DNA of 64,000 bases, from contig OZ218951.1 of assembly GCA_965112735.1 (NCBI GenBank), positions 4,836,001 through 4,900,000 of the forward strand, read 5' to 3'. Shown in pieces: positions 47,575 through 60,395 of this stretch (the first letter of the stretch is position 1; each line of letters begins with the position of its first letter). This DNA comes from Phaeosaccion multiseriatum (Eukaryota; Protista; Ochrophyta, other classes). The notes under the pieces were generated by a model that saw only the letters and a program-made list of their open reading frames with translations, ran no database searches and was not told the origin of the DNA. A program made the position numbers and the translations under genes.

Positions 47575-48968
47575 GAGGAGGAGGAGGAGGAGGAGGAGGA
47601 GGAGGAAGAGGAGGAGGATGAAGAGGAGGGGGAGGAGGAGGGGAGGGAGGAGGAGGGCAAGGAAGAAGTAGATGGGGAGGAGGAGGTGGGGGGGGGGGGG
47701 GAGGGAGAAGATGGGAAGGAGGAGAGCGAGGACGAGGAGGAGGGTGGGGGGGGAGAGGAGGAAGAAGATAGGGAGGAGGACGACGAGGAGGAGGAGGAGG
47801 AGGAGGAGGAGGAGGAGGAGGAGGAAGATGGAGAGGAGGAGGAGGAGTGGGGGGGGGGGGGGGAGGAAGAGGAGGGAGGTCGTTGTAGCATGGCGTCCTG
47901 CCTCCTCTTCCCCTTCATGTTGTTTTTCCTGAGCAGATGCGACCGCAGTGCCTCTTCTTCCTCGCTGCGGTGGTGGTGCAGAGGGTCAGAGGAGAAAGCC
48001 TTGGCAGTGGACGATCCCTTTAGCCGCGCCGCCGTCGCCGCCGCGAAACCTGCTACACTCTCCGTGGTCCGCGGAATACCATGCACAATCTGAGAAACCC
48101 TAGACGACGAACTGCTGCTGCTGTTGCCACTGCTGCCGCTTCTGCCGTTCGTGGCACCGTGGCCCCCGATGCGGCCGCCACCACCACTGCTGCTGCTGCC
48201 GTTGCTGTGCATATGTTCCTGAGAGTGGACACCACCTGTAGCATCAGTGAATGCACTCTCATGTCGCTGCTGCTGGTGGTGGTGGTGGTGCTCGAGGTGG
48301 TGGTGGTTTCCTTCGGCCAAGGGCAGTGAGCTGGAACCCGTCTCCACCGCCACCTCCTGCTCCTCCTCCTCCTCTTGTTCCTCTAGTGTCGCGCTGGAAG
48401 AGGATCCGACTGGCGCTAATGAGCTCCTTTCTGCCGCCAGCATTGGAGTATTCTCCGCGCCCCCGCCGCCGCCTACCCCCTTCCCAACCCCCACGCCGCC
48501 CTTGCTGCCAGAGCTGTTGCGCGGATTAACCCCCCATGGATAGGGTTTGCTGCCACCCCACGCACTGCTCCACCAGTTCCCTGTCGGTGGGTCCGACTTC
48601 ATTTGAAGGGCGGAGGAGGAGATGCCCAAGCCTTGAAGCCCCCGTCGGCGCCGCCGCCGCCGCCGCTGTTGGTGGTGCGGGTGCTCCTGCTCTTGATGGT
48701 CATGAAGGCCTTTCCATTGCTCCAGCGCTGACCCTACCCGTAGCTCCCTCCTCCCACCCCTCCTGGAGATGCCGCTCTTCCTACAGCCCTTCGCCGAGTC
48801 AGCCGAAGTAGTCCTCTGTGAGCCTTGGTCCCACAAACCTTTCCTGCTGCTGCTGCAAAATGTCCCTGCGGCGGTGGCCTCCGTGCGAAAGCCCTGCCGC
48901 TGATTAGTAAGGAGTGGTGAGTGGAAGGCCAACGCCTGTCGGGGAAGCCCTACATAGGCCTTGTCCAT
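44391..48968 (-). CDS. Large low-complexity membrane protein of unknown function; exons ~48968-46685, 46312-46194, 45645-45512, 45240-44391 (start uncertain)
   Basis: Phase-compatible joins (1,0,2); two TM helices near 46800-46690; poly-Ser region. Confidence 0.7.
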
Positions 48969-49159
48969 ATTATGCCGCTCTTTTGTCGCGTGTCGAGAGG
49001 GCCTTATTCGTTCAAAGAGACGGCCATGAAACTGAAATGTTTTTTGTGTTTTTCGTCTCCACCTTTCTTTTCGGGCGCCAAAAAAGTGCAAGTGCGAAAT
49101 GCGATATCAAATGGCAGTTGCGACATGGCAGTTGCCCGTTCCTATCGGCCTGCACATTT

Positions 49160-50372
49160 ATGAACATCTGCAGGAGAGAGATGATGCAGCCAGGGTCCAA
49201 GATGCGCCTTCTGAATATCATGTACGGAGACAAAATGTTCCCGAGAACGATGGAAATGGATGCCAAGTCGGCCGGGCAAGACTACTGGGATGACGTCCAT
49301 GCAGCGTGGATGAACACAGAGACAGACGTCGGGCCGATCATCTCACAGGACGCAAGATTCAACACTGACATAGGCGCCGCTGCCGTGGTCCATTCTGTGA
49401 CGCCAGCCAAGCTGAAGGCCTGGTACCGCGAGATCCTGTCGCTCCTCAAGGTGAGGTCTGTGTTCGGCATAGCAGCCCCCCCGACGTCGTATAGTTTGGG
49501 TGGGGGTGCGTGTACGAGTCTACTCTGCTCTGCCATACACCCCCGCTTTGTGGCCATGTTCTCCTGTGTGTGCGTAAATCTCCCTTCCTGCTCTCTCTCT
49601 TCTCTATTGCCCAGTACTAGAGACAGCTTTGAACCCGGCCTAGTCCGGAGGGGGGTGTCGATTCGCTCTGCTCTTGTTTTACCTTCATACGTAAGCATTG
49701 CCTTCCACTCCTTCCTCACCCACCCAACCACCCCATCCGCATGTTGTCCAGGCTTACAGAAGGAAACACGACAGGCCAGGTGAACACCGTTATGCAGATA
49801 GCAATTTTTCTTGTGCAGGGCTGGGAGACAAGGATATTGCCGCCGCCATCGACGGAGACGAATCGTTCCAGCAGGCTGCCAGGTTCGCACAGGACCGTGA
49901 CACGCTGTACCTCGTAGCGTGGATGACTCGCAGAGGCTGCGATTGTTTCAATGTGTGGAGGGACCAATTACCCGATGGGGGTGGAGAGGACGTGGGACAT
50001 GGCTTTACGGCCATACCCGGCGACCACACCACCACCAGCGCCCCGGCCCGAAAGAGGGCGAGGCGAAGCGCCAGTACTTCTTCCAGTGCCAGCAGTTCTG
50101 CATCAAGTGAGGTGGCGGCGTCATTGATGGCCACGTCTGAGCGCAACGCCGAGACGCTCGCAGGCATGGCGGAGGCGATTAAGGCGGGGCTGCTTGCACT
50201 GGCCGAACGCAAGCGCGTCAAACCTGTGGAGCGCGTCGCCCCTGTGGAACTATTCACGCAATACGACCGGCTCCGAGTCATGCGGGAGGAATACGAGAGT
50301 GAGGGGGACATGGACACAGCCAAGAGGGTGACAGACGCCATGGAGAAGGTCCTTGCGAGGCTGGATGGGTGA
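49160..50372 (+). CDS. Putative Myb/SANT-like (trihelix) DNA-binding protein; exons 49160-49450, 49752-50372
   Basis: RLLNIM...YWDDVHAAW...AKLKAWY...TLYLVAW spacing, NLS-like RKRARR and a C-terminal coiled coil; family assigned from recalled pattern only. Confidence 0.5.
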
Positions 50373-50441
50373 AAAGACAGTGTGTACGATGAGTTCGTCT
50401 GCCGCACTTTTTTTACTGCTCGCTTTGCGTACAGTACAGTA

Positions 50442-50646
50442 CAGTAAGAATCGCCCAAATCGCCAAAAAAAAAATTTGGACACTTGTAGCAAAATGTCGG
50501 TGGGAGAAGCGTTGCAGCTCTTTGAGATGCCTATCCATCCATCCATAGGCTTTCTTTTTCCCTTCTCTACTTGTCAGCAGTTCTGCCAGAGCACTCCCCC
50601 TTGCCGCCCCACCCCCCCCCCAAAAGGGATTTGGGCGATTCTTATG
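50442..50646. mobile_element. Tc1/mariner-like MITE with 17-bp TIR core TAAGAATCGCCCAAATC
   Basis: Perfect inverted repeat 50445-50461 / 50628-50644; left end TA|CAG, right end degenerate. Confidence 0.65.
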
Positions 50647-51457
50647 CAAATCGAGTGTTAAAATACGTAATTGATGGTACTAGTATAAAATATAAAACTT
50701 GGACTTGTAAGGAGTGGTCGACATGGTATGATCTCTGGTACAGCTACCCCCCCCCCCCCTGCCTGGAGCTAAGGGGCATCACCCTAACCTTGCGCCCGCA
50801 CCTACGGTCGTACACACGGTTCACCAACCGCGCTACCAATCACCCACAATCATCCTTCCTCAGCAGATCAGCGCCACCCAAGCACAGTCACCCACATCTA
50901 CACTGCTTGTCCCACACTGGCGCAAACCCCTTTCCCTCCCAAACTACAACCGCCATTGCTGCTGACCCCCATCGGCACCCCCATCGGCGGAATCAGACCC
51001 CAGGGCCCATACGTAATCAGCACCCCAGCCCCTACCATCCTCTGTGCTTCTGACGGATTGCTGCAGACACAGCTTCCTCCTGCGTACTCATTTTACTTCC
51101 CTTCCTGTCTAAGCCGTCTATTCCTCAGCTCGTTTTGTTTTGAAAGAAGCATCCGCTCCTCCTCCGGTTTAACCCCCGCCCCCCTCCACCCCATCTCTAC
51201 ACGAGTGACGGGGAAACCAAGCCCCGTTACCTTGACCCCTGCCCTCCGTCCAGCCCCCCTCAGTTACTTCCTCCCTTCCTTCCTATCCTGCCACCGCTGT
51301 ATCACTCGTTGCTGCGGCGGCTGCTGCTGTCGACCCTCTATGGCGAGCATGGAGCCCACCGCCTTCGTCCCCCCCCCCTCAAAAGCCTCCTCATCCCTCC
51401 ATCTATCCCATCCTTGCTGCCTCGCCATCTGTGATTCACTTGTACAGGTAGATGGAT

Positions 51458-53277
51458 CTACAAGCCGACCTGCTTCTTGAGCTTGTCGAGGAAGCCCGCC
51501 TTCATGCTCTCTTCAATGGGAGTCACTTCCTGCTTGCCGAGTTTCTCCTCCAACCCGTTGTATCGCACTCGGAAGCCGTACTGGAGCTGTGTATTTCGAA
51601 ACAGCACATCGATATGATCATAAATACAGAGACACAACACAAAAAAATGAAAAAAGGGTTAGGAACTGAGCACGGTTCAAAACATGGAGCAATCAGTGTA
51701 GCAGTGTCGCAGCAAAGCCAACACACCGAATACTGACTCCTCGTTCTTGCCTCCCCTCCCCGCCTCTCCCCACCTCCTCCTCCTCATCCTCATCCTCTCC
51801 CTTGGCGCCTGACCACGCCTCTGGTCTCTTCCTGCCTCCGCTCGGCAGCGGCACATCACCCACAAAGGCGTAACTGCTCACACTCACCTGGCTGCCCTTC
51901 TTCTTGAGACTCGGGTAGGCCTTGACTACATTCTCCCTCAGTGACTTCTTCTGGTCCAGCACACTCGTCGCCACGCCTCGCTCAATCTGTCCAGAGATGT
52001 ATCCGGACAGTGCAAAGATATTGAGGTTAGTTCTGAAGATGAATTGCAATGAGAGCAAGAGGAGACTCATACCACAGCAGTGCACAGTGTCCTGGGACGT
52101 GGGCGAGTGGAACACAAGCCTTACGTATTGCATCATGCCCAGGCCTCCTCCTCTCATACGGTGTCCTCCTTCCACATACTCCTCCCTCCCTCCTTCCCTC
52201 CCTCCTCCTCTGCCTTGTCCCGATGTTTCTCACCTGGCCCTTGTAAAAGTCGCTAAAGAAGTTCCCCATCCACGCGTCCACGGAGGCCTTGGCCCGCTCG
52301 TCACCCCCCAGAGAGCCGCAGGGATACCACATGGTGCCATCCTCCTTGCTCGTGCGCACGTAAATGTCGAACATGGGCAGGCTGAGGTCCTCCTAATAGA
52401 GCAGAGAGATCGAATCAGAGTCGCCGTAAGTCAGTCAGTCAGTCACCATAGCAGGAAGGAGAGGGGGGAGGGAGGGGGGGGCAGTGGGTACGGGACATGG
52501 ACAGTAAGGTGGGAGCAGAGCGCGTGGAGGAATTGGAGATCCTCCTCCTTCTTTCCCTCTTCACCCCCACTCCCTTTCGACTGGCTTCAGGGGCGATGGA
52601 TGGACTGGTGGTGAAACTGAATGCACCCCTGTCCTCTGCTCCGGCTGTGCCATCAGAAAGAGGGGCAGCCGAACTACTACTTCCGCCTCCTCATCCTTCA
52701 TACGCACCTTCGCCCTCATCCCACCTGCTCCCTGTGGATTGGCCATCTTTGCTCTGTAGGCGGCCTGGTCAGCTGCGGAGCCCCCCTGCTTACCCTTCCG
52801 CTTCATGCTGAGCGAGGCCGCCCCGCTGACGCTTACAGGCTGAGGGTTTGCCCCGAACAAGCAAGCGAGAGAGAGGGACAAGAGAAGTACGGAGACAGGT
52901 GGGTTAGGGGAAGCTGGGCTCGCTCGTCCACCGCAGGCAGCCGTCGGGCGCAAAGGAAAGTGTCTTGCAGCTTCTGCCTCTGGTTCTCTCGCCTCTCTCC
53001 GCCTTCGAACATGTGACTCTGCCTCACTCCTCCCCCTCCCCTTGCCGTTCCTAAACCTCCCCCTCTCTCCTCCCTCTTCTGTCGTCTCATCGTCCTTCGA
53101 CTAATCACCTCCCCGCCCCCAAATCCCAACTCCCTCCTCCCGCACCTGTCTTTGTTGGCACTGGTTCATAGCCCTGTTCAACGAAGAAGCCTGCAGCAGC
53201 GTACCGAACGCCACCACTTGGACCATGGCCGCGGCAAACACGGCACAAGCCAGAGCAAGCGCTGACGATTGCCTCAT
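51458..53277 (-). CDS. HHL1-like plastid protein; exons 53277-53146, from 52839, ~52394-52234, ~51986-51888, ~51586-51458
   Basis: Bipartite leader MRQSSALALACAVFAAAMVQVVA-F; PMFDIYVRT..WYPCGSLGG..AK...YK..I.R.VA...QYGFRV matches the HHL1 pattern. Confidence 0.75.
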
Positions 53278-53604
53278 CCTCGCTTCTCCTCCTCCTCTGG
53301 TTCAACAGGCTCTGCACGGACCTGCCTCCTACTGAAGACACTCACGCCTTGACTCTGTCCCTCCTCTTGAGAAATGAAAGAGCTGTGTAAGGAAGCAAAG
53401 GAGGAAGTTATGAGTGTGGCATCATGATCGGGTCCGAGTCAGAGTACGATACTTAATCGATGTTGAAAATCGAGTCCCTCAGCCTCCATTTTGATATCCC
53501 ATTTTCCTTGCAGCCTCCACATCGCGCCTCCTAGCAGTGGGGGGGAGGAGCTTTAGAGTTAAACCTTACCTGCGCTCTCACGCGCTCTCTTATTTATTAA
53601 TAGT

Positions 53605-54270
53605 ATGGTTGTGACGAGGAAGGCGAAGCCGGGGACGCCTGCCAAGAGGGTGACGAAAGGTGCAGCTGCAAAGCCGGCCGCCTCCAAGCCCAAGGTGGGA
53701 GAGAAGAAGAAGAAAGCCGCGGCCAAGAAGGCAGCAGAGCCCGCGGCCGCGGCTTCTACTCCTGACCTCGGGCTTGCCGCTGGAGCACGTGTGGAGATTG
53801 TGGCCTGCAAGAGCTGAGGCGTATTCAAGGTGAGGGACTGCACCCCTTTTGCTCTCTTGTCGGCTCTGGCTTCGACTCTTTCTTCTTACCCCCCCTCCCC
53901 CTCTTCCGTCTTCCCCAACCCCAGCGTTCAGCTGCCAAAGTGGAGCAGCTGATCGCGGCCGGGGCGCCCGGCACCAAAGTCGTCGTGAATCGCGAGAAGC
54001 CTCCGAAGGGAACCTTCCGAGTGCTCGTGACGGGCGATGGGCCTGACTCCCCACCCCATGTCGTCGTCTCTCTTGATGCTATGCCGCGACCCTTCAAGAA
54101 GGTACGTGCGTGTACTGACGTGACTGACTCGAGCGACATCCCAATCTATTCATGCGGGCCACAGATCTGAGGCTCGTGGACGCGTGAATTTTTCCTTCAT
54201 GTACACTGGGATGAGTCCTCCAGAGCACGTCGTGTCGCCTGTGTCGTGCCGTCTCTTATCAGAATACCCC

Positions 54271-54304
<34 letters not shown>

Positions 54305-54431
54305 TCTCCGTCCTTCTCCCATCCTCCTTTCCCTCCCTTCCCACCCCTTCCCCCTTCTCCGGCCGCTCGAACAGCTGAGAGAGCTTGACCTGGAGGCGGT
54401 TGCCAACGACGTGCTCAGCTCCCTCCGATAG
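53605..54431 (+). CDS. SELENOH: Selenoprotein H (Rdx family, CxxU); exons 53605-53829, 53925-54101, 54375-54431; TGA 53815-53817 = Sec
   Basis: Lys-rich N-terminus, VEIVACKSUGVFK, NREKPPKGTFRV, SLDAMPRPFKKLRELDLE; the frame continues through TGA into phase-0 splices. Confidence 0.88.
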
Positions 54432-54748
54432 AGGGCAGGGCAAGGGAACGGGTGTTCTGTCAGCCTGGCCAGGCCCGCCGCCCTCCTACCTACGGCATGT
54501 GTCGTAGGCATTGAAAGTCCTTGTCCGCACATCTACCGTCTACCCGAGAGAGAGACAGAGAGAGGGGGGTGGGAGGGGGAGAGGAGACGAGGAGGCCACG
54601 CGGGCCACGAAACAAATAGCTCCATTTCGTACATATGGACATGGGGGGAAATGGTGGAAATTGCAATCGCACATGCGTGCGTGTGGCTTTGCTTCACCAC
54701 CCACTCCTGAAGTGAGTTGACGGAATCTTTAGCCCCTGCACGCAGAAA

Positions 54749-54967
54749 AGTGTGAATGACGGCTGCCGCTCTAAATTACCAGCCCCTAAACTCCACCCCA
54801 CCCCACCCCCTCCCCCTCACCCGCACGGCTCGTTTCACCTTCCTCCCCCTGCTGGTCTTTTGCCTTACGGCGGAGCATCGGGGGGGCGAGGAGGGGAGAG
54901 GGGCGGAGAGAGAGAGAGAGAGGGGAGGGAGGTGGAGGGGCGAGAGACCAGCAGCCTGAGAAACACT
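54749..54967 (+). promoter_or_regulatory. Candidate SECIS element with ~170-nt apical insert
   Basis: AGUGU/ACACU helix I, AUGAC/UGAG core, GGCUGC/GCAGCC helix II, AAA 13 nt after AUGA; lies 3' of a Sec-containing gene. Confidence 0.55.
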
Positions 54968-56533
54968 CCGCAGAGGGGGCAAGGAAGGTGACTCGACTCG
55001 ATTGTCGACGGGGAGGAGAATTAATTTTAATATCATAAGAGGGATGGTACTTTACGGTACGATGAGACGAAGAAGCAGTAGCAAGACATGGGCGGGCGTG
55101 TGGAGTCTTCGGGTGAGAGGCCGAAGCCAGCAGGCGTTACATCAATCAGACCATGTTTGTGTGTGTGGGCACCGTGCTTCGATGGCGACGTCGTGCAGAC
55201 TACCACCTTCCCCACCTACCAGTACCTACCCACGAGACAGGAAGGGAAGGTACCGCGAAAGGGCAAGCACAAGAGGTCACTTAAATCATTGGCAGAGCCA
55301 GTACTGTCCTCATCACCAGGTTCCCTTGATTAAGCCTAGGTTGTACCCCCGAGAGAAATACTCTTCATAATCTCACTTCGCTACTAAGAGGCAGAGCACC
55401 ATGCCCATCTTCTCACACATCGTATTCTGATTAGGAAGGGTTGGTAAGCAGGGAGAAAGCACGTTCATTAAACCTCTCGCCCCTCCTCCCTCCCACACGA
55501 ACGCGCCCACACAACAGACAGACAACAGGTACTTCACGCACACGGAGACTCCCCATCACCTAGACTCGCCTCTCATGTCGTTTCTCTCCCTCTGTCCATT
55601 CATTCTGCTGAGTGTCGATCAATACAAAGGCCGCTGGAGGTAGCCTCTGTATAATACCGAGCCCATCTTCAAAAGCCGCTGCCTTTCCCACGCGTGCACA
55701 CACCCACATGCCCCACTCGCCGCCCACACCACACACACTCGCGCTGTGGTTCTGTGGTTGGTCATGGACCGACCCCCTCGGGTGAGAAGCTATGCGCCCA
55801 CGCGCCCCCTCCAAATTTCCCTCACACTAACCCATTTTAACCCCACCTACGTAACCCATTAAGCCCGGGGCAAACATGGGGCGCTTCGTCCCCGCAGCAC
55901 ACCCCATACCCTCCTTCCTCCTCCTCCTCCACCTCGACTCCTGGCTCCCAAACGAGCCTTCCGTGTGCGACAGCAAAAGGCACGGCCCAGCCACCAAATC
56001 GCACGCCGAACCAACTAAAAGACTCCTCCCCCCGTGGGAACGGAACTTCAAAAAGTAAAACAAACACACACAGAGACACACACACAAAAACAACTACAGG
56101 TGCTCCATCGCCCCCCCCTCTCAGTCTGACATCAGTTGCCATCCTGTACTGTGCCGTCAACCTCCTTCCCTCTCTCTCTCTCTCTCTAGTACTTGCTGTC
56201 CTCGCTGCCTCGCCCCTGCTGTGTGCGATATAAAAACCTTCAAATCAAAAATTGTCCACTCAAGCCCCTAAAGAGGCCCTGCGCGACGGTATCGTGCCAT
56301 GCCTAAGTGTCCAATGCGCCGCGCCCTCCCGTCCTCTCCGCGCCTAGCCTTCCCTCTGGCCTCTCCCCCCTCTCCCCCATGGAGCTGCTCCAGCTGCTGG
56401 TAGTAGTATAGTGTAGTGCTTGCTTGTGTGTATATGCGTGATGAGTCGTGCCAGCTTCCCTCAGCAGTCAGTCACTGAGTCCGCCCGCCCGCCCGCCAGC
56501 CAGGCCATACACAGGAATACATGCTGCTCCTCC

Positions 56534-57592
56534 TTATACTCCCGTTGGCGGCACGGAGGCGGCGGGGATGTCCTCGTCATTGTACTTGCTGGAGTCGTCG
56601 TCGATAATGTCGACTCGGAAAACGGCAAGCATACCCGCGAACACGGAGTATATGACGAAGAGGAAGAAGGAGAAGGCGGCGAAGGCGCGGTCTGTGGGGG
56701 CCTCGCCCTTGTCCTTGGTGCTTCCGGCACGGCCCTGAGTAAATAGGAAAAAGCAGCAGGACAAGGGGCGAGTAGGGGGGTGAGAGGGCGGGCGGGTGGG
56801 AGGGCGAAAGGGCGGACGGGAAGGGAAGGACCAGTCGCTTTCCCAGCAGAACACACGTTTTGGTGGCATTTTGGTGGGAAGTCACTTGGCAAAAACAGCG
56901 GAAAATGCGCTCAGAGAAGAGTGCCATAAACCGTCAGTTGAGGGCGAAAAGGGCTCACAGAGCGAGGACGAGATTGGTTTCATGCAAACCCATAGACGGA
57001 AACACACGCACCCACACACCCACACTTGACTCACCGCGAAGATGGCGAAGAGGATGAGCATTTGCTGCGACGTGACGGCCACAACACCAAGGAAGAAGCC
57101 TACGGCAAGGCTCGTGCGGTACTTTCGCATCACCATAATGCCCCCCGCGGACAGGCAGATGAGCAGCAACACCGTCCACACCGCGGCGAAGCCCAGTGTG
57201 GCGGATCCATCACCTGCACACACAGCACAGCAGTACAGCAGTTGGGTATACAACACACACGCACACGAGGGGAAGTACATATTGAGGCTTTAGAGGACAA
57301 GCACTAATGAGCTAAGCGACCTCTACCCTCGGCGGCGTGGCGTGGATGCGGTGCTCGTGTGGCCATTCTCTCTCTTCCACCAGGTGTGTGTGTGTGTGTG
57401 TGTGTCTCGGTCTGTCTGCCTATCGGTATCTCTCTCTCTCTCTGGTTCGCTCTCACCTCCTCGCTCTGTGGCGGCAGCGCACGCACAGATGAAGGCAATG
57501 GCCACGAGGATGATGCTGCTGAACCACGCGTACACGATGGACTTCTGCGGTGCCTTGTCGCACGGGGAACACAGGGTGTTGCGGATGTTCAT
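56534..57592 (-). CDS. Small four-TM membrane protein of unknown function; exons 57592-57457, 57213-57035, 56734-56534
   Basis: Phase-compatible joins (1,0); four hydrophobic helices and an acidic tail. Confidence 0.8.
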
Positions 57593-58608
57593 GGCGAAGT
57601 GTAAGGAGGGGACAAAGTGGGGAGGTTTCTGTTGGGGTCGCAGAGGAGGAAGGGAAGGGAAGCATGTGGTAGAAAGTAGACGGGTGGTGCGTGGGGGGAG
57701 GTCGGGGGCAACAGAACGAAACCGCAGCAGCAGCGGAGGAGGAAGAGGAGGGGGAGGAGGACGAGAGCAACGGGAAGGGAAAGAGAGCAAACGAGGGGCC
57801 GAAGGGCGAGTCAGAAACGAGTCCAAGCTGAGCTGTTGGCAAGGGAAAGGAGATTGGTAGAAATGAGACAGTTTGGAAGATACGGTTGAGCACGACAGGC
57901 ACAGAGCGAGGGTGAAGGCTTGTTTGTGAGTGTACGATCACGCCCAGACGTCCCCACACTCAACCGACCGCCCTACATAGACCACAGACAGCTCCCTTTG
58001 GTACCGCCCTTTCTTCTTCTCAAGGTTGATTTGAGAACAAACCAACCCGGTGAGAGCCGGATCTTGCAGAACATCAAGCTATTCACAACCCACACCCGCG
58101 GAGCGCGTGTCGGCCCGCCACTAGCCCAACCTAAATGGCCTTCACATCCTGAACATGCACTCGTATGCCCCACAAGCCCTGCTGCAGTTTGGCGGCCGAG
58201 CTGCCATTCTTTCTTGTCGAGCTGGCCTCCACCCTCCTTAACCGCAAGCATAGCATTGCAAGCCACCAGAAACAGCACCACACTTTCCTCATCTTCATTG
58301 CAAATCCAATGCCCAAATCATCATTCTTCCCCCCCCCCCGTTCCTCACCCTCTTCCCTTACCTTCGTTCGCTCTGTGAGCGCTGTGGGCTCCCACGCGCG
58401 CGCCCACACCCCCTCGGGTTTCATTAACTTCAGGTGCTGAGTCCGCCTTGTCCACACCGCCCGACCAGAAAGACGCGGCAAATGATATTACCTTTTGCGT
58501 AGATAAATTCTCCACCGGGTAGTACAAAGGACCTACTTTGTTCATACACAAGCCTGTGGAGCTCATTCTTCGCACAGGTCTTGGGAAGCCTGTCGATTTG
58601 CGTGAAAC

Positions 58609-60360
58609 ATGAGAACGGCTGAGTCATTTTTCGTTCTTCTCGCGCTCGTGCCCTACACAGCCTCGCTGGTCATCACCAGCACACCCGTCAGCGGGAAAGG
58701 CTACCACAGTAGCTCCAGCCCTCGCGGAAGCACATCTTTGGGCAGCTCCAGCAGGCATGGGGTGACAAGAAGTATGGCAGGCTTGATGAGGAAGAGAGGC
58801 AGGGTAGGCAGCTCGGCTGCCGGGGGGTTCGACACATTGAGCAGAAGCAACAGTAGAAGTATTAGCAATGACGAGGGAAGCGCATCAGTATGTAGATCCG
58901 TAGCGCCTTTGTCTGCCCTTCCTCTCACTGGCCTGGGGGCCTTGACCACGACGATTGGAAGCAATGCAAGTGCACTTTTAGCCGTGACCTTCGGTGAGTA
59001 GTCAGCTCCAGGAATTGATTCGGTTGGCCGCTCTTCGGTGGTTGCTGGGGGTGAAGCTTATTGGCTGCTCTCACTGGATATATAATACCCCCCTGTCCTC
59101 CTTCCCTTGCTCGATCGTGCTCTCCCCGCAGTCATTTTCTTTCACGAGTGTGGTCATTTCTTCGCTGCTCGGCTGCAGGGAATCAAAGTAGAAGGGTTCA
59201 GCGTGGGGTTTGGCCCCGCCATCTTCGAGAGGGGGCCAGGGGCGGGCGATGACGCCGCAGCCGCCTTAGCAGCAGCGGAGGAGGCCAAAGCCAAGGAGGA
59301 GGAGGCCAGGAAGGTAGAGGCCAAACGCAGAGGATGGGCAGGCGCTTTGTTCGCATCCATCTCTCAGTCAAGGGCAACAAAGGAGGAAGTTCCTGCACCA
59401 GCAGCAACAACCGCATTAGCAACGGCAACAACAGCAGCAGGTACGAGCCCGCTGTGGGCTCTCTCTGTCTCTCTTCCCAGTGCCTCTTGCGACACTTCTG
59501 TACGACTGTGTACGTCCCACTCCCGTGTGCAACGCCCAAAACGACGACTGCTTTAACTCAAGTGAAGCCCCTATACCCTCTGTGTGCTGATGTCTGTTGG
59601 TGCGTGCTTCCTGATAGCAGGGGGACAGAGGCTGGGGAGCAGAATCGCTGCCTTGGGAGAGGGAGTCACGTACAGTCTAAGAGCCATCCCCTTGGGCGGT
59701 TACGTGTCTTTCCCGCCCAACTTTCTGCCCACGGGGGAGAATGGAGAACCTGGGGAAGAGCTCACGGACCCTGACTTGCTGCAGAACCGCTCCATCGCTC
59801 AGCGAGCTGCCGTGATTGGGGCGGGGGTAGTGGCCAATGTAGTGCTCGCCTTCCTCTTGTTCAGCTGGACGATCCAGACCAACGGCTTGACTAAGCCCGA
59901 GTTTCAACCAGGGGTGAAGCTGACACACATCATGGACCGCTCAGGAGGCGCTGCCATGGCGGGGCTGCAGGAAGGGGATGTGTTTCTGTCCGTGGACGGA
60001 GTGAAGCTTGAGAAAGGTGGGTGGGTAGGTAGGGTTGGGGGTGCCGTGAGGAGCGAGGGAGTGAGGGGAAGAGGGTCGTGAGGGAAGGAGGGCGCGAGGC
60101 AGGCAGGCAGGGAGGGGGGAAGGGAGGAAGGCAGGCATGTCGGTAGGGAGGGAGAGACGGGCTCTGTCTCACAGAGGTACATGAGAGACGCACGGGGAGA
60201 GTATCGAGAGAGAGAGCGAGAGAGCGGTCTATGAAGCGGCACCACAGCCTTCTTTGTGTTGCCCCCCGACGTGCTCCGTCCACCCCACACCCTCGCCCCG
60301 TGTGGGTGCATCCATCCGCCTCTGTAGCCTCTCACCCTCCCGAGTGGTCTTATGCTCTCC

Positions 60361-60395
<35 letters not shown>

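Noticed and set aside
47275-48093. Glu-rich and Arg-rich plus-strand ORFs
   Set aside because: They are antisense to the poly-Ser region of the minus-strand gene.
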